Positions 29,418 through 42,716 of a DNA stretch of 64,000 bases are shown piece after piece (within the stretch, counting starts at the first letter, position 1; every line of letters begins with the position of its first letter). The notes under the pieces were generated by a model that was not told where the DNA came from, ran no database searches, and worked only from the letters and a program-made list of their open reading frames with translations. The stretch is from assembly GCA_951406725.2 (NCBI GenBank), contig OX597822.1, forward strand, positions 47,058,001 through 47,122,000. The letters are read 5' to 3'. Made by a program: the position numbers and the translations under genes. This stretch comes from Octopus vulgaris. Lineage: Eukaryota.

Positions 29418-29458
<41 letters not shown>

Positions 29459-29485
29459 CAAAAACAAGTAGCGTATCATATACAA

Positions 29486-29962
29486 CTAGCGGGACCCGTG
29501 AATATTTCACGGAATTAATGGTAACTTTATTGGGTCATTTCTGAAAACTTCATGCAAAATACCTGAAAACCTACCCTGTGTTTTGTCAGTATCAAAGGAT
29601 AGTCGCTCATCTACTAATCATTGAAAAATGAAGGAAATTGGAATACGATGATTATTTAAGACACTTTTATATATACATTTTATGCGCAATTTTATAGGCT
29701 TAATACATAACACAATTCCTTTTTGCCTTACCATCTTTTTCTCTCTCCTTTTTCTTTCGCTTTTCGCCTTTCCCTTCAACTAATCAGGCGTTACAGACGG
29801 GCTAAGTAACTGAAAAAAAATTAGCTAAAAAACAAAAAAAATTACACATTTCACTCACTACCACCTTCACCTCCCATCCCATCTCATCCCCGATTCAGCT
29901 AATCACGTGGAAGCATTACGGACGGGCGAAGTAACGGAGTGACAAGCAGAATTACTATAAGA
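29486..29962 (-). mobile_element. Non-autonomous Helitron
   Basis: Minus 3' end CCGTGAAATATTCACGG hairpin then CTAG|T; candidate TC 5' end at ~29962. Confidence 0.55.
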
Positions 29963-30129
29963 TGATATTTCGGTAATAATCTTCTGGTAAAGTGGAAATG
30001 AAACAATTGTAGAAAAATGTGTTTGCTCAATCCATATATTCTGCGGCTATTCACGGACATTCGGATCTATTTTCAGTAATACGATCAGTTTTCGTTGTAA
30101 AACTAACTGGTAGCCGGTACCCATAAACA

Positions 30130-30362
30130 AGGCGGCGAACTGGCAGAATCGTTAGCACGCCGGGCGAAATGCTTAGCTGTATTTCGTCTGCCACTACGTT
30201 CTGAGTTCAAATTCCGCCGAGGTCGACTTTGCCTTTCATCCTTTCGGGGTCGATTAAATAAGTACCAGATACACACTGGGGTCGATATAATCGATTAATC
30301 CGTTTGTCTGTCCTTGTTTGTCCTCTCTGTGTTTGGCCCCTTGTGGGTAGTAAAGAAATAGG
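30130..30362 (+). mobile_element. Family B SINE
   Basis: ggcggcgaactggcagaatcgttagcacgccgggcg...gcctttcatcctttcggggtcg. Confidence 0.9.
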
Positions 30363-30416
30363 TACCCATAAACAGGCTTTATAAAGCAAACTACAAGTTT
30401 CACAAACAAATTGAAT

Positions 30417-30451
<35 letters not shown>

Positions 30452-30482
30452 CTGTGTGTATGTGTGTGACTGTGTGTGTGTC

Positions 30483-30521
<39 letters not shown>

Positions 30522-31169
30522 TGAACGAGGGCGAATAAGTGACAGGAAATGTGATGGATAGAGAGAGAGAGAGAGGGGGGAGTGAATGCGTTCATTGAGA
30601 ATGAATGAGGGTAACAATGGAAGAGGTGATGGGGAGAGGGTAAAGAAACCTCAATTTACATCAGGAATTGTAAACTGATTTCATTGTTATATAATTTACT
30701 ATTCACCTCATGAGGTCGGACAACGATAGTACTCATACTGTATGTGTGTGTATGTGTGTGTGTGTGTAGTTGTATGTGTATGTGTGTGTAGGTATGTGTG
30801 TGTATTTGTGTCCGTGCCTCTGTGTGTATATGTGCGTGTAGCTATGTCTGTCTTTATCTATGTGTAGTGTGTGAGCTGGTTGTATGTGTAGATGTGTGGA
30901 AGGGTGTGTATATATATATATATATATATGTGCACACGAGTGTTTGTGTATGTGACTATATATATCTGCGGATGTGTGTGTAAGTAATATAAAACCTGCA
31001 TGCACACACGTATACACCTCCTCCCGGATATATCAAAATACATGTGTGTGTATGCGTGTGTGTGTGTGCGTGCGTGTGTGTGTGTGTGTGTGTGTGCGTG
31101 TGTGTGTGTGTGCGTGTGTGTGTACGTATGTATGTTATATCGCTCCAAACCGAGTTTACAGAGAACTCA

Positions 31170-31560
31170 AGTGGATTCCTGTTTTAAAGCATGGCGTCCA
31201 TTCTCGCCCAGAAATCTCATTCTCAAAGATCGGACAGAAGCGCCTCCGTCATATATTACTGTCTGACCATCGTCCTGTTCACTTCCCACTAGACTGAAGT
31301 GCCGGCAATTCCACGCAAAGGACGCGTTCCACTGGGCAGGCAGTCCATTTGTTGTCAATGCCCATTGATTAGAAGGCTGGGCTGATTATACATGGACATG
31401 CGCAAAGGCTGCGACATCTTCAGCGTTTCCTTGGCGGTGAGCAGTTATTGCTATTTGTCAAACTCGCTTTCCACAATTTGTTTCGTTGACAAAGCTGCAG
31501 CCACCGAAGCAAGGTGACTGTTTACCTGCAGTGTCACATCCCTCTGTCAGATGAACAATG
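31170..31560 (-). pseudogene. Possible RTE-type LINE 3' remnant
   Basis: Minus DNKWTA..E..SGK*TGRWSD resembles DxRWT..EW.P..GRP..RWxD. Confidence 0.4.
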
Positions 31561-31879
31561 CGGTCGGTGGAAGTTTCAGTAAATTTGTTGAATAGTGAGA
31601 CTTGCAACGGTAGACCATGGGAACAGGCCTACTTTGAGCGTGAACCTGTAGATTGAGGAAGGAGGATAGCGAGAAGGCACTTACCCTAACGGTCAACTGG
31701 CTGTAGGTTTGCGGGGATTCAACGAGCAAACCTTGGCTGTTTACTCTGTTTTGGAGAATTGTTTCTGCTATTTTAGTTTTACGCGCTTTTATATAACTCC
31801 AACCTATGCATTGTATTGTGTAGTCCGGCATCGTCCTCGTTTAGTTTGTAAACCTTTAGTGGTTGCAAGAAAACCACAT

Positions 31880-32144
<265 letters not shown>

Positions 32145-32145
32145 A

Positions 32146-32368
32146 AGGCGGCAAGCTGGCAGAATCGTTAGCACACCGGACATAATACTTGGCGGTATTT
32201 CCCTCGTCGCTACGTTGTGAGTTCAAATTCTGCTGAGGTTGACTTTACCTTTCATCCTTTCGGGGTCGATAAAATAAGTACCATTTGAACACTGAGGTCG
32301 ATGTACTCAACTCACCACCACCCACCAAAAAAAAAATTGCTACCCTTGTGGCAAAATTTAAAACCATT
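32146..32368 (+). mobile_element. Family B SINE within (TTA)n
   Basis: Homology to 30130-30362. Confidence 0.85.
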
Positions 32369-32379
32369 ATTATTATTAA

Positions 32380-32439
<60 letters not shown>

Positions 32440-32447
32440 CATCATCA

Positions 32448-32785
32448 AGTGAGAGAGCAGTGCATGATATCAAGAGAGGGCAATACATGACACTGGGGTA
32501 CAAATATATGAAGCCCTGTATACCCATCATGACTACCCGTTTGATAAGTGTATACAAGGCACATGCATCATAATAATATGTACGCGAGATAGTGATTTCC
32601 TATCAAGATAAACAGCTCATGACCTTGAAGGTGGGGCTCAGTTAGAATTTTCTTCAGGTCGAGTAACCCATCCCGCTCAAAAGGTCACTGAATAAGAGTT
32701 GTTTAAGGATGTTGAATGAAACGCCCATGTTTCCAAAGATGAATTATGCAAACCCCAAAAATTCCTCTCAAAATATGGCAATACA
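32448..32785 (-). mobile_element. 3' end of an RLE (R4/Dong-like) retrotransposon
   Basis: Minus ORF end HILRGI followed by a UTR running into (TAA)n. Confidence 0.45.
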
Positions 32786-33609
32786 TGGTTTTCATTGCAA
32801 CCACTAAGGGTTTACAAAATGAACGAGGCCGATGCCGGACTACACAATACAATGCAAGGCTTTTATTAACCAACTTGTCATCTTCTATTGAAAGAACTGA
32901 ACAGCTGTATAGATGTAAACACAATTTTCTTCCTTTCTTCCTTTATTTTTTTCCTTTATTTGACACTTCTTTCAGATAGATAGGCAAGCAAGCAAGCACA
33001 CACACACACATACAAACACACACACACACTCTCTCCTTGGACAATGATGATGACGATGATAATAAATCCAGACAATTTTTTGAAAAATAATTTTTATCAA
33101 AACAAGACCCATCCTTAGAGTAGCCACCTGGTTTTGCCATTTTTAAAGGCCAAGAATCAACTCATCACTTTCTATTGAAAGAACTGACCAGCTGTATAGA
33201 TGTTAACACATTTTTTCTTCTTTCTCTCCTCCTTCTTTCTTTCCTTCTCTTTTCCATTGACACTTCTTTCAGGTACACAGGCACACACACACACACATGC
33301 ACATACACACACACACACACTCTCTCTCTCTCCCTCTCTCTCTCTCTCTCACTTTCTCCCCATTCCTTACCCTCATTTACTATTCTATATCTCTCTCCAC
33401 CTCTACACACTCAATAATACTATAAAAACTGACGAATCCCCTCAAAAAATTCAAATCTAAGAATCTACTAGAGTAGATGCAAGCGCTAATATATGATTTC
33501 TAAAAACATGATATATTAATAAAAATCTGTAAATATATAACCATCCAGATTTCTGAGTACCTTACTTTTTCTAGTATATAATACCTGTACATCACCTCCA
33601 AATCTTCTA

Positions 33610-33673
<64 letters not shown>

Positions 33674-33739
33674 ATTGATTGATTGATTGATTCCAGTTCC
33701 AGCCTATGAGCTGTGGCCATGCTGGGGCATATATATATT

Positions 33740-34040
33740 AGAAGGTTTGGAGGTGATATATATACACGTCTGCATAACAGCCTACTAACAAATCTACCAG
33801 TGTATGTATAAACTGTGGGTATTGGGATATCTCTACCTTGTACGTGTTTCTCCTATTTAGTACTGGGGATGTTTCATTTATGAGCAAATACTCCTGTATT
33901 TGCCGGAGTATTGGGCCCTTCGGATGCTTGGATAAAATGCAGATGTCAAGTCGACCCATTACGCTCCTCTTTATACTTGCTCAGTTTTTGGTAGGTCTTG
34001 AAAGATACAGTTATGTCGATCGGGACAGTCATATCAATGA
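33740..34040 (-). pseudogene. Penelope-like element GIY-YIG endonuclease C-terminal remnant
   Basis: ICILSKHPKGPILRQIQEYLLINETSPVLN fits the PLE IL....R...E...I....P.LN pattern; next to (TA)n. Confidence 0.6.
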
Positions 34041-34051
34041 GGCATTATCAT

Positions 34052-34098
<47 letters not shown>

Positions 34099-34100
<2 letters not shown>

Positions 34101-34312
34101 GGCAGAATCGTTAGCACGCTGGGCGAAATGCTTAGCAGTATTTCGTCTGCCGCTACGTTCTGAGTTCAAATTCCGCCGAGGTCGACTTTGCCTTTCATCC
34201 TTTCGGGGTCGATTAAATAAGTACCAGATACGCACTGGGGTCGATATAATCGACTTAATCCGTTTGTCTATCCTTGTTTGTCTCCTCTGTGTTTAACCCC
34301 TTGTGGGCAGTA
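34099..34312 (+). mobile_element. Family B SINE
   Basis: Homology to 30130-30362. Confidence 0.9.
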
Positions 34313-34349
34313 AAAAAAAAAAATTATTATTATTATTATTATTATTATT

Positions 34350-34735
34350 GCCTTTGCACAGCTTCTAACGCTGGAGATGTACTACGGTGTCAGCTGTTCA
34401 CTACCAGTGAACTAAGGTAACACCTCTTATTTTTCGAGCACCTTCCGGAGTTTTCGAGCGGTTCTAAGCAATGCTGTTTTCTGTAAGTGCTCCACCCTTA
34501 TTGCAGCCCCTATTTGTTCCACGTACTTCTCGAGATTTTTGCTCACTGTTCTCAGGGCTCCGACAATGATTGGTACTACTGCTACCTTTTTCATCGACCA
34601 CCACTGTTTAACTTCCCAAGCTAACCTGTCATATCTCTCAACTTTTCTTTCTTCCTTATCGCATACCTTGTCGTCAGCTGAGCATGCTATATCTATGATC
34701 CAGCATAGTTTGTTTTGTTTTTGTTTGTTTATCCA
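34350..34735 (-). pseudogene. 3' end of an R4/Dong-type non-LTR retrotransposon (RLE domain + 3' UTR)
   Basis: WIIDIACSAD..KEERKVERYDRLAWEVKQWW..VVPIIVGAL..LQKTALLRTARKLRKVL*; ends in (TAA)n at 34323-34349. Confidence 0.9.
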
Positions 34736-34813
34736 CATCGACGTACAACGTTATTAAAGACGCCTGTGTACACACTCTAGCGCACAAAAATATCTATTAT
34801 GTGTATTGATATA

Positions 34814-35225
34814 TGCTGTGTGGTAAGTAGCTTGCTAACCAACCACATGGTTCCGGGTTCAGTCCCACTGCGTGGCATCTTGGGCAAATGTCTTCTGCTT
34901 TAGCCTCGGGCCGACCAAAGCCTTGTGAGTGGATTTGGTAGACGGAAACTGAAAGAAGCCTGCCGTATATATGTATATATGTATGTATGTATGTGTGTAT
35001 ATGTTTGTGTGTCTGTGTTTGTCCCTCTAGCATTGCCTGACAACCGATGGTGGTGTGTTTACGTCCCCGTCACTTAGCGGTTCGGCAAAAGAGACCGATA
35101 GAATAAGTACTGGGCTTACAAAGAATAAGTCCCGGGGTCGATTTGCTCGACTAAAGGCGGTGCTCCAGCATGGCCGCAGTCAAATGACTGAAACAAGTAA
35201 AAGAGTAAAAGAGAGTAAAAGAGTA
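34814..35225 (+). mobile_element. Family A SINE, near full length
   Basis: Reverse complement of 128-548. Confidence 0.92.
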
Positions 35226-35236
35226 TATACATACAA

Positions 35237-35276
<40 letters not shown>

Positions 35277-35639
35277 GAGGGAGAGGGAGAGGGAGAGAAA
35301 GAAAGAGAAAGAGAGAGAGAAAGTGAGAATTGTTTTATATATGATTGTCTCCATCCGTTCTATGTTATAACTCTAAGTATTTTTTTTTCATTGATTTTTA
35401 ATTTTTCATGGAGCACTCCCGCTGCAAAACACTTGGCTCTTGAGGTGAGTTGAGATGTATACTCTGAAGCACATGTGGATCAATTACACACACACATACA
35501 CACAAACACAGATGCACGCACGCACACTCACACACACATACAAACATATATATACATATACGCACACTTAAATACAAATGTATATATACAAATATATATT
35601 CTCGTAGGTACGCGTCTCTACGTCTGTCTTTCTCTGTGT

Positions 35640-35683
<44 letters not shown>

Positions 35684-35800
35684 ATCCTCATATATGCTCA
35701 TCCACACATACTGGTGTATAATTACATCCGGTATACAGAATACAATTTGTGTATGTGTATGTAGGAATGTCTGTATATATGTTTGTATGTGTGTGTGCGC

Positions 35801-35845
<45 letters not shown>

Positions 35846-36238
35846 TGTACATAAGAATGAGTACTGTTGAACTTCCCACGCAAAGCAGGTTACCAAAAAC
35901 GGACAACAGTAGCTTTTCTATCTTACGTGGCTGTCTCGCACCACTGGTTTCTTTTGTTACTTGCTGCTGTAAGACAGCTGACAGATCTATTCATAACATT
36001 CCACCAAAGCTTGTCAACTGCTTTTACTTTCTTTCCTGCTATTCTTCTCAATTCTTTCTGTTCTTTTATTTATACTATTTTGTTATCGTTTGTTTTCATT
36101 TCTCTTCATTCTCCATTGTATCTTCTTGTTCCCTTAATGTCATTCTGTCCATCTTAGATTTGCCGAGGGTTTCTTTTTAAAGGGCGTGTATAATTCTCTA
36201 TGCTAATTTCCTTTTCGTTTTCTTTCTTTCATTCTTTT

Positions 36239-36302
<64 letters not shown>

Positions 36303-36337
36303 GTTTGTCTGACTGTCTGTCTGTCTGTCTCTCTCTG

Positions 36338-36382
<45 letters not shown>

Positions 36383-37334
36383 ACGTATATCTTTATCTAT
36401 CTATCTGTCTGTTTGTCAGTCTATCTCTCTGTTTATCTATTAATCAATCTACATACTTCTCTCTCTCTCTCTCTCTCTCTCTCTTTAGCTACCAACCTAT
36501 CTATATATCTATATATCTACGTATCCACACCTAACTACCAATCTGTCTACATCCCTACCATTATATCTATCAATCGATCGATCGATCGATCTATCTTTCT
36601 GTTGGAGTTATTGATATTGTTGTAGCCAATGATTGTTGCTGTTGTGACTAAAGTTATTTAGCTCCAAGTCAGCCCCGATCCACTAACTTTACGATGAAAT
36701 TTGCTCCAGCCATCCGTGACAACTTTCTCTTTTCTATTATTTATTCTTTGTCTCTTCCTTTTCATTTATTATTCAAACACTGAATCTAGGACTCCCGTTA
36801 TCCAATGTATCCTTTTCTAAAGATGCTAAGATGTGAATTGAAAGAGATTTAGTTGGCATTTCTAGCAGGTTTAGTGACCACGTGGTTGATCTCTCGTTTG
36901 CATCACAGTTATGAAGTTCAGGATTCAAGTCGTCTGCACGGTATCTCACTGCTAAAAGAATCTTGGGTCGACCCAAGACATGCGAATGAAATCTGAGTCG
37001 ATGGAAACTGAAAGGCATCAGTCGACTGTACCTGTAATTAAAATAGAGTTAAATTAGTCATGTTGTGTTACAAGGAGTCTGTCTGAGGACGACAAAAATG
37101 ATACAGGTGTCTATAGAGTACTCGGCTATTTAAAAAGTATAATATAAGGAGTAAGTTCCGTTGAGGTCAACTTTGCCTTTCACCATTTCGGGCTCGATAA
37201 AATAAATACCAGTTGATAAATATTGGGGTTGATGTAATTGGCTTAGTCCCAAACCCCGAAATTCATGGCCATGGGCCAAAATTTGAAACCAAAGTAAGGA
37301 GTTAGTACCACTTATTTAGAATATTTATGTATAT

Positions 37335-38093
37335 CAGAGGCGACTCCGGGTCATCAGCGTCACTCGGGCTCATCACAGATTTCGCAAAAGACACATGCCT
37401 GCTCGAAGTATTTCACGTTTTTCTGCAATATTTCTTGCCCCAATGGCTTATTTTTTATATCTAGCACTATGTCTTTCTCCATTTCTAAATTAAGGGTAAT
37501 AATAAAGCAACCCTGCAAAACACAACTGATCTTTACATTGAATAACATTTTACATAGAATAACAGTATTCAAATAACGACAGCAGAGTGCACAACAAACA
37601 TCAGCACCTGTACTCTTGACAAGAGATGCCAGTTAGTCTTTTACACCTATCAGATTCATTCGTATTAGCTCGAGTTGCTGGATAATTTTTCGTTCCTTTA
37701 AGAATATTGTAGAACGGAAACTTTTCATAGATTAGAATTTAAATCCTAAACTCTATAGAAATTTATTGTTTCAAGAATACATTGAATTTGAATTACTTTT
37801 GATTTTTACGATTATCGATAACAACTCTGGCTGTAACTTCTGAGCCCGAGTCAGGCGCGTGTGAACGATGTCGAGAGAACGTCTGCTACAAATGATATTT
37901 TTTGACTTAGAGCACTTCTAAGATGACCGCCAGACGCTGAACGAAAATAAATAAACTGCGACCAGGTTCAATAAAAGGTGCCCGGGTCATTGGCTACAAT
38001 TACGTAGAAATTAAATCTGTTTGCAAATACACGTTCACTTTATTTAATTTATCCTCGGGCTAAGACCGAACAACCCGAGTACCTCTGCCGCCA

Positions 38094-38096
<3 letters not shown>
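37335..38096. mobile_element. Possible hAT-like non-autonomous element
   Basis: Ends CAGAGGCG.. / ..CGCCACTA and repeated subterminal CCCGAG/CTCGGG motifs. Confidence 0.3.
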
Positions 38097-38138
<42 letters not shown>

Positions 38139-38143
<5 letters not shown>

Positions 38144-38449
38144 CGTGATCACCGTGTCCAACAAGGCTATCAGATGTTGCTTCACATCGCTGGTCACAAT
38201 GCGCTTCGCATTGTTTTAGCCTTCAAATGACGCCACCCCGCTGGCTAAGCGAGCAGGCTAACAGAAGAAAGTGAGAGAAAGTTGTGGCGAAAGAGTACAG
38301 CAGGGATCGCAGCCACCCCCTGCCGAAGCCTCGTGGAGCTTTAGGTGTTTTCGCTCAATAAACACTCACAACACCCGGTCTGGGAATCGAAACCGCGATC
38401 CTATGACCGCGAGTCCGCTGCCCTAACCACTGGGCCATTGCGCATCCAC
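38139..38449 (-). mobile_element. Family C-head SINE with an alternative 3' tail
   Basis: Same tRNA head as 6744-7092 but tail ..gcgaagcgcattgtgaccagcgatgtg..cacggtgat(TA)n; tail fragment also at 26708-26780. Confidence 0.85.
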
Positions 38450-38680
38450 ACACACATACATATTTGTGTGTTTGTGTGTGCGCGCGCGCGTGTGGCTATG
38501 TGAAGCTTCGCAATCACGTGTTTTTGAGTTCGGTCTTAAGCGCGGCACCTTCGGCAAGTTTCTTCTAATATAGTCCCGCGCCGACTAACACCTTGTGAGT
38601 GAATTTGGTAGACAGAAACTATGTGGAAGCCCACATCGTTTGTGTGTGTGTGTGTGCGTGCGTGCATGCGTGTGTGCGTG

Positions 38681-38721
<41 letters not shown>

Positions 38722-39059
38722 CTCTGAGATGGCTGTGCATGGATCCTTGAAACACAAAGCTCCAACTACAGAAGGAGAAAATTACACAAAAAAAACCGAC
38801 GAGTTTATAACAACCCTACTTTGAAGTTACCTCGTTGCAAATTTAGGAATAAGGTATCTCCATCGCACCCAATAAGAAACTTTCTCGCAGAAGTCAGAAA
38901 CCATTGGCTGACAGCAAAAATAGGCTATGCAAAACCCAAACCGAAGACATCAACCACAGCAGCGTAACAAGAATGTGTAACAGTGGCGTAACAAGAGAGT
39001 GTGCCAACCTGGGAAGCGCTTGAGTAGCCGCTTTTACCCCCACAAGCCGATTCAGGCTT

Positions 39060-39385
39060 ATACAGCAAACCCAAAAGTTCCGTCTTCATAAAAGTGTCCC
39101 CGGAGTGGAACTCTCCACCGCAGCCCCTCGACAAGTCCGGGCAAGGTTGTTTAAGGACGACCAGCAGTTGCCCATGCATACCAGCATCTCCTCTCCAAGC
39201 CACCAGTGTTATTCAAGAGAAAGGCAAAGAGGCCAATACGTTGCAGCTCATTTCTACAGCTGAGTGAACTGGAGCAACGTGAAATAAAGTGTCTTGCTCA
39301 AGAATACAACACGCAGCCCGGTCCGGGAACCGAACTCTCTACCTCGTGATTGTGAGCCAGACGCTCAAACCACTGAGCTATGACT
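39060..39385 (-). mobile_element. tRNA-derived SINE with CORE-like domain (family D)
   Basis: Head tagctcagtggtttgagcg..gagttcggttccc; gagcaagacactttatttcacgttgctccagttcactcagctg. Confidence 0.75.
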
Positions 39386-39820
39386 ACGCTACTGATTAAC
39401 CACGTTGTCAACAACTGCGAAACAATGTTTTCTAGATTTAGCGTTTTACAATGATATTGGGTCCCGTGCACAACTTCGATTTTCTGGGAAGATAAGTATG
39501 CCACATCAGGAATGTTGGTGTTGATAAGACACACTCTAAAGACGGCGAAGTTTATGTTAGTGCTCTTTGGCAATTGGTCAGCAATCATTTTCATAGTCGT
39601 CATCTTCATCATCGTCGTCGTCATAGTTCTCCTCCTCCTCCTTCTCTTTCTCCTCTACCACATCATCGTCATTATCATCATCAATGTTGTCATCATCGTT
39701 ATCATCATCATCAAGTGTCGTCAGCATTCTCTGCAGTTTAAATGCTGTCCTGCCCCTCATACATTTCAATTTATTTTAAATCCGTCCAATTCCACCAACG
39801 GAATTCTGGGACTTCCGTTT

Positions 39821-42470
39821 CCTCTTTGATCTTTTTCGGCACCCTCTTTGATCTTTTTCGGAACCCTCTTTGATCTTCGTCGGCACTCCTCTTTGATCTT
39901 TTTCGGCACCCTCTTTGATCTTTTTCGGCACCCTCTTTGATCTTTGTCGGCACCCTCTTTGATCTTTTCGGCACCCTCTTTGATCTTTTTCGGAACCCTC
40001 TTTGATCTTCGTCGGCACTCCTCTTTGATCTTTTTCGGCACACTCTTTGATCTCTTTCGGCACCCTCTTTGATCTTTGTCGGCACCCTCTTTGATCTTTG
40101 TCGGCACTCCTCTTTGATCTCTTTCGGTACCCTCTTTGATCTTTGTACAACCTCATCTTTGATCTCTTTCGGCACCCTCTTTGATCTTTGTCGGCACCCT
40201 CTTTGATCTTTTTCGGCATACTCTTTGATCTTTGTCGGCACCCTCTTTGATCTTTGTCGGCACTCATCTTTGATCTTTTTCGGCATCCTCTTTGATCTTG
40301 GTCGACACCCTCTTTGATCTTTGTCGGCACCCTCTTTGATCTTTTTCGGCACCCTCTTTGATCTTTTTCGGCACCCGCTTTGATCTTTATCGGCACTCCT
40401 CTTTGATCTCTTTCTGTACCCTCTTTGATCTTTGTAGGCACTACTCTTTGATCTTTTTCGGCATCCTATTTGATCTTTGTCGGCACCCTCTTTGATCTAT
40501 TTCGGCACCCTCTTTGATCTTTGTCGGCAACCTCTTTGATCTTTGTCGGCACCCTCTTTGATCTTTGTCGGCACTCCTCTTTGATCTATTTCGGTACCCT
40601 CTTTGATCTTTTTCGGCACCCTCTTTGATCTTTGTCGGCACTCCTCTTTGATCTCTTTCGGCACCCTCTTTGATCTTTGTCGGCACTACTTTTTGATCTT
40701 TTGGGCATCCTCTTTGATCTTTTTCGGCACCCTCTTTGATCTTTGTCGGCACTCCTCTTTGATCTCTTTCGGCACCCTCTTTGATCTTTGTCGGCACCCT
40801 CTATGATATTTGCCGACACTCCTCTTTAATCTCTTTCGGCACCCTCTTTGATCTTTGTCGACACTCCTCTTTGATCTCTTTCGGCACCCTCTTTGATCTT
40901 TGTCGGCACCCTCTTTGATCTTTGTCGGCACCCTCTTTGATCTTTGTCGGCACCCTCTTTGATCTTTGTCGGCACCCTCTTTGATCTTTGTCGGCACTCC
41001 TCTATTATCTTTTTCGGCACCCTCTTTGATCTTTTCGGCACCCTCTTTGATCTTTTTCGGCACCCTCTTTGATCTTTGTCGGCACCCTCTTTGATCTTTG
41101 TCGGCACTCCTCTTTGATCTTTGTCGGCACCCTCTTTGATCCTTTCGGCAGCCTCTTTGATCTTTGTCGGCACTCCTCTTTGATCTATTTCGGCACCCTC
41201 TTTGATCTTTTTCGGCACTACTTTTAAATCTTTTCGGCATCCTCTTTGAATTTTTTCGGCACCCTCTTTGATGTTTTTCGGCACCCTCTTTGATCTTTGT
41301 CGGCACTCCTCTTTGATCTCTTTCGGCACCCTCTTTGATCTTTGTCGGCACCCTCTATGATCTTTGTCGGCACTCCTCTTTAATCTCTTTCGGCACCCTC
41401 TTTGATCTTTGTCGACACTCCTCTTTGATCTTTTTCGGCACCCTCTTTGATCTTTGTCGGCACCCTCTTTGATATTTGTCGACACCCTCTTTGATCTTTT
41501 TCGGCACTCCTCTTTGATCTCTTTCGGCACCCTCTTTGATCTTTGTCGGCACCCTCTTTGATCTTTTTCGGCACCCTCTTTGATCTTTGTCGGCACTCCT
41601 CTTTGATCTTTTTCGGCACCCCTTTGATCTTTGTCGGCACTACTCTTTGATCTTTGTCGACACTCCTCTTTTATCTTTTTCGGCCCCTCTTTCATCTTTT
41701 TCGGCACCCTCTTTGATCTTTGTCGGAAATCCTCTTTGATCTTTTTTGGCACCCTCTTTGGTCTTTTTCGGCACCATCTTTGATCTTTGTCGGCACTCCT
41801 CTTTGATCTTTTTCGGCACCCTCTTTGATCTTTGTCGGCATTCCTCTTTGATCTTTTTCGGCACCCTCTTTGATCTTTTTCGGCACCCTCTTTGATCTTT
41901 GTAGACACTCCTCTTTGATCTTTGTCGGCACTCCTCTTTGATCTTTTTCGGCACCCTCTTTGATCTTTTTCGGCACCCTCTTTGATCTTTTTCGGCACCC
42001 TCTTTAATGTTTCTCGGCACTCCTCTTTGATCTTTTTCGGCACCTTCTTTGATCTTTGTCGGCACCCTCTTTGATCTTTTTCGGCACCCTCTTTGATCTT
42101 TTTCGGCACCCTCTTTGATCTTTGTCGACACTCCTCTTTGATCTTTGCCGGCACTCCTCTTTGATCTTTTTCGGCACGCTCTTTGATCTTTGTCGGCACC
42201 CTCTTTGATCTTTTTCGGCACCCTCTTTGATCTTTGTCGGCACCCTCTTTCATCTATGTCGGCACTCCTCTTTGATCTTTTTCGGCACCATCTTTGATCT
42301 TTGTCGAACCTCCTTCTTTGATCTCTTTCGGCACCCTCTTTGATCTTTTTCGGCACCCCCTTTGATCTTTTTCGGCACCCTCTTTGATCTTTGTCGGCAC
42401 CCTCTTTGATCTTTTTCGGCACTCTCTTTGATCTTTGTCGGCACCATCTTTGATCTTTGTGGGCACTCCT
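39821..42470. repeat. 2.65-kb minisatellite of 22/23-bp units (~120 copies)
   Basis: Unit ACCCTCTTTGATCTTT(T/G)TCGGC with ACTCCTC.. variant; source of the KIKEGAEKDQRG pseudo-ORFs. Confidence 0.95.
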
Positions 42471-42684
42471 TTGAAATACAGGTACAACAGAAACAGGAAG
42501 TAAGAGTGAGAGAAAGTTGTGGTGAAAGAGTACAGCAGGGATCACCACCATCCCCTGTTGGAGCATCGTGGAGCTTTAGGTGTTTTCGCTCAAAAAACAC
42601 TCACAACGCCCGGTCTAGGAATCGAAACCGCGATCCTACGACCGCGAGTCCGCTGCCCTAACCATTGGGCCATTGCGCCTCCAC
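42468..42684 (-). mobile_element. Family C SINE 5' part, fused to the minisatellite
   Basis: Homologous to 6890-7092; junction at a shared CTTTGA. Confidence 0.9.
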
Positions 42685-42685
42685 C

Positions 42686-42716
<31 letters not shown>

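Larger units (their letters stand above)
27733..29420 (+). mobile_element. Family A SINE split by an insertion (5' half 27733-27888, 3' half ~29215-29420)
   Basis: Both halves collinear with 34814-35225; insert lies in the internal (TA)n(TG)n tract. Confidence 0.8.

Noticed and set aside
39766-42600. Long Lys/Arg/Glu-rich ORFs (up to 475 aa)
   Set aside because: Stop-poor strand of a 22/23-bp minisatellite, open in all three frames with the same shifting peptide; no gene context
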